Part shown: in pieces, positions 17,990-30,360 of the stretch | How positions within the stretch are numbered: the stretch's first letter is position 1 | Layout of the letters: the number at the start of each line of letters is the position of its first letter | Position numbers and translations under genes: made by a program | From: Vicinamibacteria bacterium | Lineage (GTDB): Bacteria; Acidobacteriota; Vicinamibacteria; Marinacidobacterales; Marinacidobacteraceae | Assembly: GCA_965199715.1 (NCBI GenBank) | Contig: OZ241322.1 | Span: forward strand, 128,001 to 192,000 | DNA length: 64,000 nucleotides | Direction of reading: 5' to 3' | The notes under the pieces: model-generated | The model's input: only the letters and a program-made list of their open reading frames with translations | What the model was told of the DNA's origin: nothing | The model's database searches: none

Positions 17990-20358
17990 CGGGGCTGCTG
18001 CTGGCGCTCGGGCTCGCGCTCCAGGCCGAACCGGTCGTGGTCCGGGCGGGAACCGTCCACACGGTCACGGCCGGGACGTTCGCGCCGGGCGAGATCCTCG
18101 TCCGGGACGGGGTCATCGAGGCGGTCGGAGCGTCGGTGGACGCCCCGCCGGACGCCCGGGTCCTCGAGGCGGAGGTCGTCGTTCCCGGGTTCATCGACAG
18201 CCACACCCACATGGCGCTCGACTGGTCGAACCCGATCCCCGGGCCGGTCACCGCCGAATGGAAGGCGGTCGAGAACGTGGACCTGGGCGATCCGATGGTC
18301 CAGGTCGCGCTGTCGGGCGGGCTGACCTCGGTCGTGACCCGCCCCGGCAGCGGGATCGTCTCCAGCGGGCAGGCGGTCGCGCTCAAGCTGAAGCGCGACC
18401 GGGCCGAGGTGCTGAAGCCCTACGTGGACCTGAAGATGGCGGTCCGCCCGTTGATCAACCTGCGGCCCGGCGAGACCCCGCAGACGGTCATGGGCTGGTA
18501 CGCGACCGCCGACGAGCACTTCCGCCGGGCGAGCGCGCTCGACGACGAACCGGGGGACGAACGCGACGAACGTCTGGAGGCGTTCGCGGCGGTTCTTCGG
18601 GGCGAAGTGATGGTCCACGCGCACGCGCACTACCCGAACGAGGTGATGATGGTGCTGCGCCTCGCCCGCAAGTACGGCTTCATCGATCGGCTCGCCTTCG
18701 CGCACGCCGAGGAGATCTTCCCGATCACCGAGCTGCTCGCCGGAACCCGGATCGTGCCGGTGATCGGTCCGATGATGATCGTCCAGTACTACGGCGACGA
18801 GCGGCCGCGGAACCTGCTGAAGGATCTTCTGGACGCGGGCGTCCACGCGGCGATCCAGACGGACATGTCGAAACAGCACTTCAAGGACTTCCGCGAGTAC
18901 GGCGCGTTCCTGGCCCGCCACGGCCTCACCGACGACCAGGCGCTTGCGGTCATGACGATCAACGGGGCGCGGGCGATGATGCTCGACGACCGGATCGGCA
19001 GCATCGAACCCGGCAAGGACGCCGATCTGGCGCTGTTCGACGGCCACTTCCTCGACCTGACCGCCGACCGCGTCCAACGGGTGATCGTGGACGGCCGGCT
19101 CGAGTACGAGCGCGGGCGCGAGCTCCAGCCGGAACGACCACGGCCGGTCGGCCCGTTCGGTCCGGTCACGGGCGCGATCGGGCCGGACGACCGGTCGTTC
19201 GCGATCACGGGAGCGCACGCGTTCACGGTCAGCCATGGGGAGATCCGCGACGCGACGCTCGTGGTCGAGAACGGTCGGTTCGTTCGGGTCGAGGCCGGCG
19301 GCGCGCCGCCTGCGGGGATTCCGGTCATGAACGTCGGCGGCCGGGTCGTCATGCCCGGAACCGTGATCGGCCGGGCGTTCGGAAACGACTGGATCGGCGA
19401 CCTGAAGTGGCAGGTGCAGAACGACGAGATCACCGAGCCGGTCGTCCCGGAAATGAACGCGCTCTACGCGGTGGACCCGTGGTTCCCGTCGTATCGGCTG
19501 AACGTCGAGATCGGCGTGACCTCGATCCACGTGACCCCGGGCGTGCGGAACCTCGTGGGCGGCAACGGGGTGCTGGTCAAGACCCCCGGGATCGACTTCG
19601 AGACGATGGTGCGGCGGGAGCCGGCGAGCATGGCGCTCGCGCTCACCCAGTCGGCGCTTCGGGAGTGGTCGCTGACGCTGGAGGACGCGGCGGCCATGAT
19701 CCGCGCCGCGCTGGACGCGGCGTTGCGCCACGCGGAGTCGGGCGGTCCGTACGACGCGCGGATGGAAGCGCTGCTGCCCATGCTCCGGGGCGAGGTCCCG
19801 GCCATGATCCACGCCGACCGGGAGAGCGAGATCGAGGCGGCGCTGGCGCTCGCCGAGGACTACGGACTGAGGCTCGCGATCACCGGCGGCGTGACGGCGC
19901 ACCGGTTCGCGGACCGTCTCGCGGCGGCGGACGCCGGGGTCGTCCTCGGCAACTCGGGCAGCTACGCCTCGGATGTCCGGGGCGGCGGCGAGGGCTGGAG
20001 CGTCGAGGGGCCGGCGATCCTGAACCGGGCCGGAGTCAAGGTCGCGTTCTACGGACCCGGCGCGTCACGCAGGGCGGCCCCGACCGGCAGGCTCGGCGGG
20101 GAGCCGATCCTGAACGCGGCGTGGGCGTTCCGCAACGGCGTCCCCGAGGCGGACGCGCTGCGGATGGCCACGCTCAACGCGGCGGAGCTGGCGGGAATGG
20201 GCGACCGCATCGGCAGCATCGAGCCGGGCAAGGACGCGGACTTCGTGGTGCTGGAGGGGCATCCGTTCGACTTCCGGGCGTTGCCGCAGCAGGTGTTCGT
20301 GGACGGGCGGCTGGAGTACGCGGCTGAGCTCGGACGAGGAGACGCTGGGCGACGGTGA
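17986..20358 (+). CDS. Secreted tandem two-domain amidohydrolase
   Basis: Signal peptide after TTG 17986; PGFIDSHTH; two copies of DRIGSIEPGKDAD. Confidence 0.85.
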   Translation: MTGLLLALGLALQAEPVVVRAGTVHTVTAGTFAPGEILVRDGVIEAVGASVDAPPDARVLEAEVVVPGFIDSHTHMALDWSNPIPGPVTAEWKAVENVDLGDPMVQVALSGGLTSVVTRPGSGIVSSGQAVALKLKRDRAEVLKPYVDLKMAVRPLINLRPGETPQTVMGWYATADEHFRRASALDDEPGDERDERLEAFAAVLRGEVMVHAHAHYPNEVMMVLRLARKYGFIDRLAFAHAEEIFPITELLAGTRIVPVIGPMMIVQYYGDERPRNLLKDLLDAGVHAAIQTDMSKQHFKDFREYGAFLARHGLTDDQALAVMTINGARAMMLDDRIGSIEPGKDADLALFDGHFLDLTADRVQRVIVDGRLEYERGRELQPERPRPVGPFGPVTGAIGPDDRSFAITGAHAFTVSHGEIRDATLVVENGRFVRVEAGGAPPAGIPVMNVGGRVVMPGTVIGRAFGNDWIGDLKWQVQNDEITEPVVPEMNALYAVDPWFPSYRLNVEIGVTSIHVTPGVRNLVGGNGVLVKTPGIDFETMVRREPASMALALTQSALREWSLTLEDAAAMIRAALDAALRHAESGGPYDARMEALLPMLRGEVPAMIHADRESEIEAALALAEDYGLRLAITGGVTAHRFADRLAAADAGVVLGNSGSYASDVRGGGEGWSVEGPAILNRAGVKVAFYGPGASRRAAPTGRLGGEPILNAAWAFRNGVPEADALRMATLNAAELAGMGDRIGSIEPGKDADFVVLEGHPFDFRALPQQVFVDGRLEYAAELGRGDAGRR

Positions 20359-20563
20359 CCGCGCCGGTCGCGGCGGCCACGCTCCCGGCCATCCACTTGA
20401 TGAGCCGCCGTTCCACCGCCGCCGGCCGCGCGTCCAGTTCGGCGTGCGTCACGTAGTCGCTCCGCTCGCTCGTGCGCTGGAGGCCTACGGTGATCGCGTC
20501 CGCCTGCGCCGGAGTCAGTCCGTCGTCCGTCAGGCTCTCGGCGACGGCGCGGGTGTCCAGCAT
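20174..20563 (-). CDS. DUF1640/CCDC90-like coiled-coil protein, probably degenerate
   Basis: MLDTRAVAESLTDDGLTPAQADAI...ERRLIKWMAG pattern; 3' end runs antisense into the amidohydrolase. Confidence 0.5.
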   Translation of the reverse strand: MLDTRAVAESLTDDGLTPAQADAITVGLQRTSERSDYVTHAELDARPAAVERRLIKWMAGSVAAATGAVTVAQRLLVRAQPRTPAARPRTPAAATPGSRTDAPPAPRSPRPCPARCCRCGRPFPPAPPR

Positions 20564-20737
20564 GGCTCGGGGGCCACGGTATCGAGAATCGTTCCATGCG
20601 CCATGTTTGGACGTGATGATTGGAGAATGCTCGCCGCCCTGCCGGACCTGATGGTGCGGAGGTGCGCCTGCGGAACGGGCCGCACCCGTACTCGCCGTTG
20701 ATCGGAACGTCCGCATCCAGGCGCCGGATGCGGGACC

Positions 20738-21677
20738 TCACGGAAGGGCGACCCCGAGCCGCCGGGCGTACTCCTGGAGCCTCCCCCCGTACAGGCCGGT
20801 GAGCCGATAGGCCTCCTTGAACCCGAGCCCTCCCTCCAGGGCGGCGCGCCGCACTTCAGTGGCGAAGGGCGCTCCTACGCGGGCGTTCTGCATTCCGAAG
20901 AAGGCGCCGCCGCCCGATCGTGCGCGGCGATGCGCCGACCGGCCGGTCGGCCCCGACGAAACGAGTTCCGCGGCGACCGCGCCGCACCAGTCCTCCACGT
21001 CGGAACCGCCAGGCGACAGCCCCTCGAAGCCGGAGATTCCCTCCGCGTCCAGCCAGATGTGCGCGAGCGCGAACATCTGAGCCGACTTCGCGTCCGCCCC
21101 GGTCACGAAGATGAGCGGCGCCCAGCGGTCGGTGGACGTCATTGCCGACGACGCCGTTGATCACGGCCATGACGCCCAGGTTCTCCACGGATCGCCGACG
21201 TTCGGTCACGGCGTTCTGCCACGTGCGGACGTTCGCCGCTCATCCCCCGTCCAGACCAAGGGCGCGGCGCATGTCGCGTCCGACTGCGGCGGGGTCGTCC
21301 TCGAGGCTCGCGTTTCCCACGAACGCGAGCGGATCCTCGCCTTCCTCGCGGCGCGACTCGCTGAGCCACGCCTGGCGCAACTGCATCGCGTGGAGCGTGT
21401 CGAGAAGGTCGGGACTCGGCCGCCTCCTCTCGGATCCCGGCAGCGCCCGGTAGTCGGGCGCGGGCAGGCGCTCTTCGGGCGGCCCGGAAAGGAAGAACCA
21501 TCCGAACGGCGTGTGGGTCACTCTCGCCGGCTTCTCCAACTGCTTGAACGTAGGGCGCTTCTCACCGCGAACCCACGCGGGGAGCTGGGGAACCCGCTCC
21601 GCCACATCCTCAATGTCGCTCCCGGCGCGCTCGCACGCCCAGCGGAGGATGGTCGAAGGAACGGCGAGTCGGGTCAT
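20738..21677 (-). pseudogene. HTH + ImmA/IrrE Zn-metallopeptidase pseudogene
   Basis: Three frames: LRWACERAG...[10 protein letters not shown]...PDYR; VINGVVGNDVHRPL; APLIFVTGADAKSAQMFALAHIWL with no HExxH. Confidence 0.8.
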
Positions 21678-21709
21678 GGCTGCGGCTCTGCGGGGAATAC
21701 TACGGACGC

Positions 21710-23194
21710 ATGCCGGCCCGCACCCTGATGATCCAGGGCACCGGGTCGGACGTCGGCAAGTCGCTCGTCGTCGCCGCGCTCTGCCGCATCGCCCGGCGGC
21801 GCGGGATCGAGGTCGCCCCGTTCAAGCCGCAGAACATGTCGAACAACGCGGCGGCGTGCGAAGGCGGCGAGATCGGGCGGGCGCAGGCGCTCCAGGCCCG
21901 CGCTGCCGGCCTCGAGCCGCGAACGGACTTCAACCCGGTGCTCCTCAAGCCGGAGACCGACCGGCGGGCGCAGGTCGTGTTCCAGGGCCGGGTGGCCGGC
22001 AGCCTCAGCGCCGCCGGCTACATCTCCAGCCGGGAGGAGCGCATGGCCCCGGTGCTCGACAGCTTCCGCCGGCTGGTCGAAGCGTACGAACTGGTGATCG
22101 TGGAGGGGGCGGGCAGTCCGGCGGAGGTCAACCTGCGGGCGGGCGACGTCGCGAACATGGGGTTCGCCCGGCGCGTCGGCGCGCCGGTCTGCCTCGTGGG
22201 CGACATCGACAAGGGCGGGGTGATCGCGAGCCTCGTCGGCACGCAGTCGGTCCTCGACCCCGGCGACGCCGCGCTCGTGCGCGGATTCCTGATCAACAAG
22301 TTCCGGGGCGACCCGCGTCTCTTCGACGACGGCTTGGAGGCGATCCGCGCCCGGACCGGCTGGCGCAGCTTCGGGGTGGTCCCGTGGCTCGCCGCCGCAG
22401 CCCGGCTTCCGGCGGAGGACGCGGTGTCGCTCGGGCGCGAACGGAGGCCCGGCGCGACGCTGAGGATCGTCGCTCCGATGCTCTCGCGGATGGCCAACTT
22501 CGACGACGCGGACCCCCTGCGGATGGAGCCGGGAGTGGACTTCGAGTGGGTTCCGCCCGGGCGGCCGCTGCCGCGCGACGCCGACGCAGTGATCCTTTTC
22601 GGGACCAAGTCCACGCTCGGCGAACTCGCGTTCCTGCGCGCCCAGGGCTGGGACCACGACGTGATCGCCCACGCGAGGAGCGGGGGCCGGGTGCTCGGGC
22701 TGTGCGGGGGCTTCCAGATGCTCGGGCGCGCGCTCGCCGACGACGAGGGCAGGGACGGCCCCGCGGGGCGAGCGGAGGGTCTCGGGCTGCTGGACGTACG
22801 CACGGATCTGTCGCGGGACAAGGCCGTGCGCAACGTCCGGGGTCGCTGCGCTCGAACCGACACCCCGATCGTGGGCTACGAGATCCATGTGGGGGACACG
22901 ATCGGCCCCGACTGCGACCGTCCGACGTTCGAGCTGGAAGGCCGGCCCGACGGCGCCCGCTCCCCCGACGGGCGCGTCGAGGGGACCTACCTGCACGGAG
23001 CGTTCGCGAACGACGAGTTCCGCCGGGAGTGGCTGCGGCGGGCGGGCGGCGAGGGTTCCGCGCTGGACTACGGGGCCGCGGTGGAGGCGGCCCTCGACGC
23101 GCTGGCCGACGGCGTGGAGGATGCGGTGGACGTGGAAGGGCTGCTCGGTAGTGCCGCAGTTCCGTTCTTGGAGCCTTCAGCCTCTCGGCCGTAG
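21710..23194 (+). CDS. cobQ: Cobyric acid synthase
   Basis: [52 protein letters not shown]. Confidence 0.95.
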   Translation: MPARTLMIQGTGSDVGKSLVVAALCRIARRRGIEVAPFKPQNMSNNAAACEGGEIGRAQALQARAAGLEPRTDFNPVLLKPETDRRAQVVFQGRVAGSLSAAGYISSREERMAPVLDSFRRLVEAYELVIVEGAGSPAEVNLRAGDVANMGFARRVGAPVCLVGDIDKGGVIASLVGTQSVLDPGDAALVRGFLINKFRGDPRLFDDGLEAIRARTGWRSFGVVPWLAAAARLPAEDAVSLGRERRPGATLRIVAPMLSRMANFDDADPLRMEPGVDFEWVPPGRPLPRDADAVILFGTKSTLGELAFLRAQGWDHDVIAHARSGGRVLGLCGGFQMLGRALADDEGRDGPAGRAEGLGLLDVRTDLSRDKAVRNVRGRCARTDTPIVGYEIHVGDTIGPDCDRPTFELEGRPDGARSPDGRVEGTYLHGAFANDEFRREWLRRAGGEGSALDYGAAVEAALDALADGVEDAVDVEGLLGSAAVPFLEPSASRP

Positions 23195-23227
23195 CGCACA
23201 ATCCGGCGCCCATGACAAATTCTGGCA

Positions 23228-23233
23228 TTGACA
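23228..23233 (+). promoter_or_regulatory. Perfect -35 hexamer (TTGACA) upstream of the cas operon
   Basis: Lies in an AT-richer intergenic stretch; no clear -10 at canonical spacing. Confidence 0.35.
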
Positions 23234-23305
23234 ACGCGTATCCTTCGCCCGTGAATGATCCGCACCGAGCCAGATGTCCGCGAGCGCCAACTATGGGGAT
23301 CGAGA

Positions 23306-23415
23306 GGGGAGTCGAGCTGAGAAACGTGAGCCTCACTCTGCTCTCGAATCAAGCTCCTCATTCGGCCGAGGCCGACGATGGGGAGTCGAGCTGAGAAACG
23401 TGAGCCTCACTCTGC
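23306..23415 (+). repeat. 36-bp perfect direct repeat flanking a 38-bp insert (CRISPR-unit geometry) over the cas3 start
   Basis: GGGGAGTCGAGCTGAGAAACGTGAGCCTCACTCTGC at 23306-23341 and 23380-23415. Confidence 0.9.
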
Positions 23416-26167
23416 CCTTCAGCGATGCGTTCGGAGCGCTGACCGGGTTCCCGCCCTTCCCGTGGCAGGAGCGCCTCTACGAGGAGTGCTTCCGTCGGGG
23501 GTCGCTGCCGTCCGCGGTGGACATTCCGACGGGCCTGGGCAAGACCGCGGTCATGGTGATCTGGATGCTCGCCCGCGCGGCCGGGGCGGATTTGCCGCGC
23601 CGGCTCGTGTACGTCGTGGATCGCCGCGCCGTCGTCGATCAGGCCACCGAGTTCGCTGAGCGGCTTCGAGCCGCGCTGCACGGGGAAGACCGGCTGAAGC
23701 CGGTCCGTCTGGGACTCGGTCTCGAGGACCGCAAGCTACCCATTTCAACCTTGCGCGGTCGCCACGTGGACAACCGGGAATGGATGGCCGACCCGACCTC
23801 CCCGGCGATCATCGTGGGGACCGTGGACATGGTGGGTTCCCGGTTGTTGTTCGAGGGATACGGACTCTCGCGCCGCATGAGGCCCTTTGCGGCTGGGCTG
23901 CTCGGCTGCGATTCGCTCGTGTTGTTGGACGAGGCTCATCTCGCCCGACCGTTCGGGCGCTTGCTTCGCGCCATCGAGATCGGGACGACTCCGCCCAGCT
24001 CGCCAGATTCCGACGGGCCGGCGGGGACGCTCGCCGGCTCGGCGAGCGCGACGGGCCTGCCGCCGCGCTTTCGCGTGCTGCCTCTCTCTGCGACATTGGA
24101 TCGGACTTCGACGACCGAGGCCTTCGGTCTGGACGAAACCGACGAAGGGAACCCGATCGTTCGCCAGCGACTGCATGCGCCCAAACGCATTGCGGTCGAA
24201 GCGCTCGAAGAGTTCCGGAAGCTCGACGAGCAACTCGCCGACCGGGCGTGGGCGCTTGCCGCCGATCACGAGAAAGGGACATTCAGCCGTGTCGCGATCT
24301 TCTGCAACTTCAGGAAGGACGCAGAGAAGGTCGCCGACGCTCTAGAGAAGAGATCGCGCAAGGAGAATTCGGACGCCTACGTCATTCGGTTCGTCGGAGG
24401 CCGGAGGGTCCATGAACGGCAGCAAGCCGCGGACGAGCTGGTGAAACACGGGTTCATTGGCGACTCCGTGACGGCGGCGGAGCGGCCGACGTTCCTCGTC
24501 GCCACGTCGGCGGGAGAGGTCGGAGTCGATCTCGACGCGGAGCACATGGTGTGCGACCTCGTGGCGTGGGAGCGGATGGTGCAGCGCTTGGGTCGCGTGA
24601 ATCGGCGGGGCAGCGGCGCGGCGCGGGTGGTCGTCATCGATCAGGGCCCGCCAGCGAAGCCGGCTCCCGGTCCGCACGTCGTGGCGCGCCACCTCGCGGT
24701 GGCCGCCCTTCTCGATGAGCTGCCACGGGACGACGCAGGCGAGAAGCAGGCGGGCCCGGCGGCGCTCGCGGGTTTCGCTTCGCACAACGGCCGAAGCGAA
24801 AGAACCTCGGAGGCCACGACCCCGATGCCTCTCTATCCGGCCCTTACTCGCCCGCTCGTCGACGCGTGGGCGATGACGTCGATTGAGGAGAATGCCGGGC
24901 GGCCTGCGATTGCGCCCTGGTTGCGCGGGTGGGTGGAAGACGACCGCCCGCAGACCGCCGTCTTATGGCGCCGCTTCCTGCCCATTTGCAGCCGAGTCGG
25001 TTCCGACGAGCCGGCCGCTGTCCGGAAGTCGGACGCCCGCGAGTTTTTCGCCGCGGCGGCGCCTCAAGCGGCGGAACTGTTGGAGACGGAGTCCGCCCGC
25101 GTCGTTGACTGGCTCCGTAAGCGTGGCAGCGCAGTTCGGAAGAAGTTGGTCGGCGCGAAGGACGAGAAGGGCGGAGAGCCTGGTTCGGTAGGCCTGAGCG
25201 TGCGTTGCCCCGTGGTCGTTGTACTGGATCGGGCCAACGGCTTTGTGCGCACCATGTCCCTCGACGAGATTGAGGAATCCACGAGCGACAAGCGGCGCCG
25301 GGATCGACTGGCGGAGGAGTTCGCAGCAAGGCGGGTCGTCGTGGACGTTCGCATCGGCGGCCTGACGGACGGCCTTCTCGATGAAGCAGCCTCCGATCCC
25401 CCGACCACGATCGAGGACAACTGGGTGGAGGCCGGCGGTGATTCAGCCGGCGGGGCGTGGACGCTGCGGGTCGATCGGTGCGAACAGCGGGACGGGGTGG
25501 TTGACGGGTGGTTCGTCGTGTCTTCCATTCCGCTCGTCGAATCGGAGGAGGGCGAGCCGCGGGCGTGGTTGGTCGTGCGGAAGCGGCGCACCGCGGGTGA
25601 GAGTGAGCACGCGAGGTCCGTCGCCGGAAAGCTCCAACGGCTCGAAGACCACCATGACTGGACCGGAGAGGAGGCCGCCCGCATCGCAGCGAGGCTGGGC
25701 CTTGCTCCCGACGAATCGGCGATGCTGGTCGCCGCAGCCCGATTCCACGACCACGGCAAGGCGGCGGCCCGCTGGCAGCGGGCGTTCGACGCGCCGCGCG
25801 AGGGCGGTCCCTTCGCCAAAACGAAGAGAGGACCCAACCAGCATCTGCTGAACGGGTTCCGGCATGAACTCAAGTCGGCCTTCGATGCGGAGCGGATGGG
25901 ATTGGATGGCGTCGAGCGAGGCAGCGCGTACTTCGATCTGGCTCTGCACCTGATCGCCGCGCATCACGGCAACGCCCGTCCCGGCATCAAGGTCGGCGGC
26001 TACGACGATCTTCCTCCGAGCGCCGCCGAGGCGGCGGCGCTGGCGATCGGAATTCGGTTCGCGCGCCAGCAGCGCCAATGGGGGCCGTGGGGCCTCGCCT
26101 GGTGGGAAGCGTTGCTCCGCTCCGCGGATCAGGCGGCTTCGCGGAAGCTGGATGAGGAGGGGTCCTG

Positions 26168-26168
<1 letters not shown>
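23400..26168 (+). CDS. cas3: Type I-G (I-U) Cas3 helicase with C-terminal HD nuclease
   Basis: PFPWQ, PTGLGKT, DEAH, QRLGRVNR, C-terminal HDHGK/RHE/AHHG; likely GTG start at 23400. Confidence 0.95.
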
Positions 26169-28074
<1,906 letters not shown>

Positions 28075-28077
28075 GTC

Positions 28078-30246
28078 ATGAGTCGTGCCCTCCTTTTCGA
28101 AGTGCGCCTGCACGAAGGGCGCTACCACGGGGTTACGGTCGGTTCCGGCGGCGATTGGCCGCCGGCGCCCGGACGCCTGTTCCAAGCGTTGCTTGCGGGG
28201 TCGGCTCGCGGGTCCATGGTCCCTGAGAGGGTGTGGGCGGCGCTGGCGTGGTTGGAGCGCCGTCCGCCGCCGGTTGTTTGTGCGCCAAGAGTCATGCGGG
28301 GACAGGAGTATCGGAATTTCGTTCCCAACAACGACCTCGATTCCGTGCTCTCCACAAAGGGAGCGGAGGACTTGGAGACCGCCGTCGCTCTGACCCGCGT
28401 GGCCAAGCGGATCCGGCCGTTCCTATTCGAAGACACCGCGCCGCTGCTGTACGTCTGGTCGCTCGGAGACGACGACGCGCCCCAGGCGTTGAGCGACGCG
28501 GCCCTCGATGTGTACCAGTTCGGTCGCGGCGTCGACCTCGCGTGGGCCTCCGCATCAGTCATCGATGACTCGGAAGTCCGGGCCCGGCTCTCGTCTTTTT
28601 CGGGTGTCGTCTATAACCCGACCGAAGGAGGCGCAGGCGACCGCGCCCTCTTGTGTCCTCAACCGGGCACGGCTGACAGCCTCCGGACACGCTTCCTTCG
28701 AACGCGGGATCGGTTTCGGTTGCGCGACCACGGGCATCGGGGGCATACCTTCGATCAACCGCCGAAGCCGCTCCTTAAGCGGGTCGGCTACTGCGCCCCG
28801 CCGACGCGTCGCGTGTTCGCCCTGCGGGAAGAACCCCATGCCGGGTTCGCGCCGCGGAGGCTAAGAGGGGTTGCGGGTCTCGTCGCGGAGGTTCGGGATC
28901 GGGCGGCGGGGCGACTGGCCGTTGCGCTTCCGGCCGACGCAGCCAGCGTCGAGCGTTACGTCGTCGGACGAGGCGCCACGGAGGCGGACAAGCAGTCTCG
29001 CGTCCGCATCCTGCCCATCCCGTCCGTTGGCCACCCCGAGGCCGACATGATGATCCGGCGCGTCGCAGTTCATATCCCGCAGTCGTGCCCGCTTCGCAGC
29101 GACGACGTGGCGTGGGCGATGGGGCAGGTCGCCTGCCCGGACGACGACGGCGTGATCCAGTGGAAGTTGGAGCCCGCCAATGACGATTCGATGGCGGACC
29201 GCTACGAAGCCGCGGGTCGGCGCTGGCGGAGCGTGACGCCGCTTGCGCTGGGCGCGACCCGAAACCGGCCGCGAGACGCCGACCGGAGGCGGCTCGAATC
29301 CAGAGCTGCGCACGCCGTCGTCCAGGCGCTTCGGCATGAGGGCGTTCGCGTTTCCCCGGAGACCGTGCGTGTGCAGCGGGAGCCGTTCGACCGTCGCGGC
29401 CAGCGGGCCGAGTCATTCGCCGCCGGAACCCGGTTTTCGCCGAAGGTCCTCTGGCACGCAGAGGTCTTCTTCGTCGAGGTGGTGAATGGACCGCTCGTCC
29501 TGGGGGATGGTCGTTACCTCGGGTTGGGCCTCATGCGGCCCGTCGAAGAGGCGTTGCCCGGCGTGCTGGCGTTCGGGATCGACTCCGGCCTCGGCGACGG
29601 CGCTGATCCTTCCGCGGTCGCGGGCGCGGCGCGCCGGGCCATGATGGCTCGCGTCCAGCGAGCGCTGCCGCCAAGACAGAGGCTGCCGCGATACGTCAGC
29701 GGCCACGAACCCGACGGCCGACCCATCCGCGGCGGCGCTCACCGGCATGTCGCCGTCGTCCCTGACTTGACGCGTCGGCGGTTGCTGTTCGTCGGTCCAC
29801 ACGTGTTGCAGCGCAACGGCCTTGCATGGCGCCACATCCGTGACGATCACGAGCTCATGGATCGCGCCCTTGCGGGAATGAACGTTCTCCGAGCGGGCCG
29901 CGCCGGGCGCCTGGCGCTGATGCCGCTCGTGATTGACGGGGAGTGCGACCCGCTGTTCGCGCCGGCGCAGGTCTGGTCGAGCCAGTCCGAATACCGCGCG
30001 ACTCGTCATCGCCGTCGGCTCTCGGACGAGGAGGCGCTCGAGGCCGACGTGCGTTCCGAATTGGATCGGATCGGTTGGCCGAATCCGACCCAGGTCGAAG
30101 TCGTTTCCGTCCGGCGCGGGCCTCGGGGCGCTCTGTTCGGTCGGCTGCAGCTCCGATTCGCGGTCGCGCAGGAGGGGCCGCTCGTCATCGGGCGCGACTT
30201 GCACTTGGGCGGAGGACTCTTCGTCGGCGAATCGCGGTCCGGCTGA
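28078..30246 (+). CDS. csb2: Type I-G Cas5/Cas6 fusion Csb2, long form
   Basis: GRYHG...DWPPAPGRLFQAL, YQFGRG, G-rich loops LGDGRYLGLGLM and IGRDLHLGGGLF. Confidence 0.9.
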   Translation: MSRALLFEVRLHEGRYHGVTVGSGGDWPPAPGRLFQALLAGSARGSMVPERVWAALAWLERRPPPVVCAPRVMRGQEYRNFVPNNDLDSVLSTKGAEDLETAVALTRVAKRIRPFLFEDTAPLLYVWSLGDDDAPQALSDAALDVYQFGRGVDLAWASASVIDDSEVRARLSSFSGVVYNPTEGGAGDRALLCPQPGTADSLRTRFLRTRDRFRLRDHGHRGHTFDQPPKPLLKRVGYCAPPTRRVFALREEPHAGFAPRRLRGVAGLVAEVRDRAAGRLAVALPADAASVERYVVGRGATEADKQSRVRILPIPSVGHPEADMMIRRVAVHIPQSCPLRSDDVAWAMGQVACPDDDGVIQWKLEPANDDSMADRYEAAGRRWRSVTPLALGATRNRPRDADRRRLESRAAHAVVQALRHEGVRVSPETVRVQREPFDRRGQRAESFAAGTRFSPKVLWHAEVFFVEVVNGPLVLGDGRYLGLGLMRPVEEALPGVLAFGIDSGLGDGADPSAVAGAARRAMMARVQRALPPRQRLPRYVSGHEPDGRPIRGGAHRHVAVVPDLTRRRLLFVGPHVLQRNGLAWRHIRDDHELMDRALAGMNVLRAGRAGRLALMPLVIDGECDPLFAPAQVWSSQSEYRATRHRRRLSDEEALEADVRSELDRIGWPNPTQVEVVSVRRGPRGALFGRLQLRFAVAQEGPLVIGRDLHLGGGLFVGESRSG

Positions 30247-30330
30247 GGGTGTCCAGTTCGCGAGCGTAGATTGCGATTCTCGCATCGCTCCCACTCATCG
30301 TCGGCGAATCGCGGTCCGGCTGAGGGTGTC
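30216..30330 (+). repeat. 38-bp direct repeat (1 mismatch; 33 bp perfect) flanking a 39-bp insert over the csb2 stop
   Basis: ACTC(T/A)TCGTCGGCGAATCGCGGTCCGGCTGAGGGTGTC at 30216-30253 and 30293-30330. Confidence 0.9.
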
Positions 30331-30360
30331 GGCAGTGCGCCCGACCTGTTGCTGCGCGCC

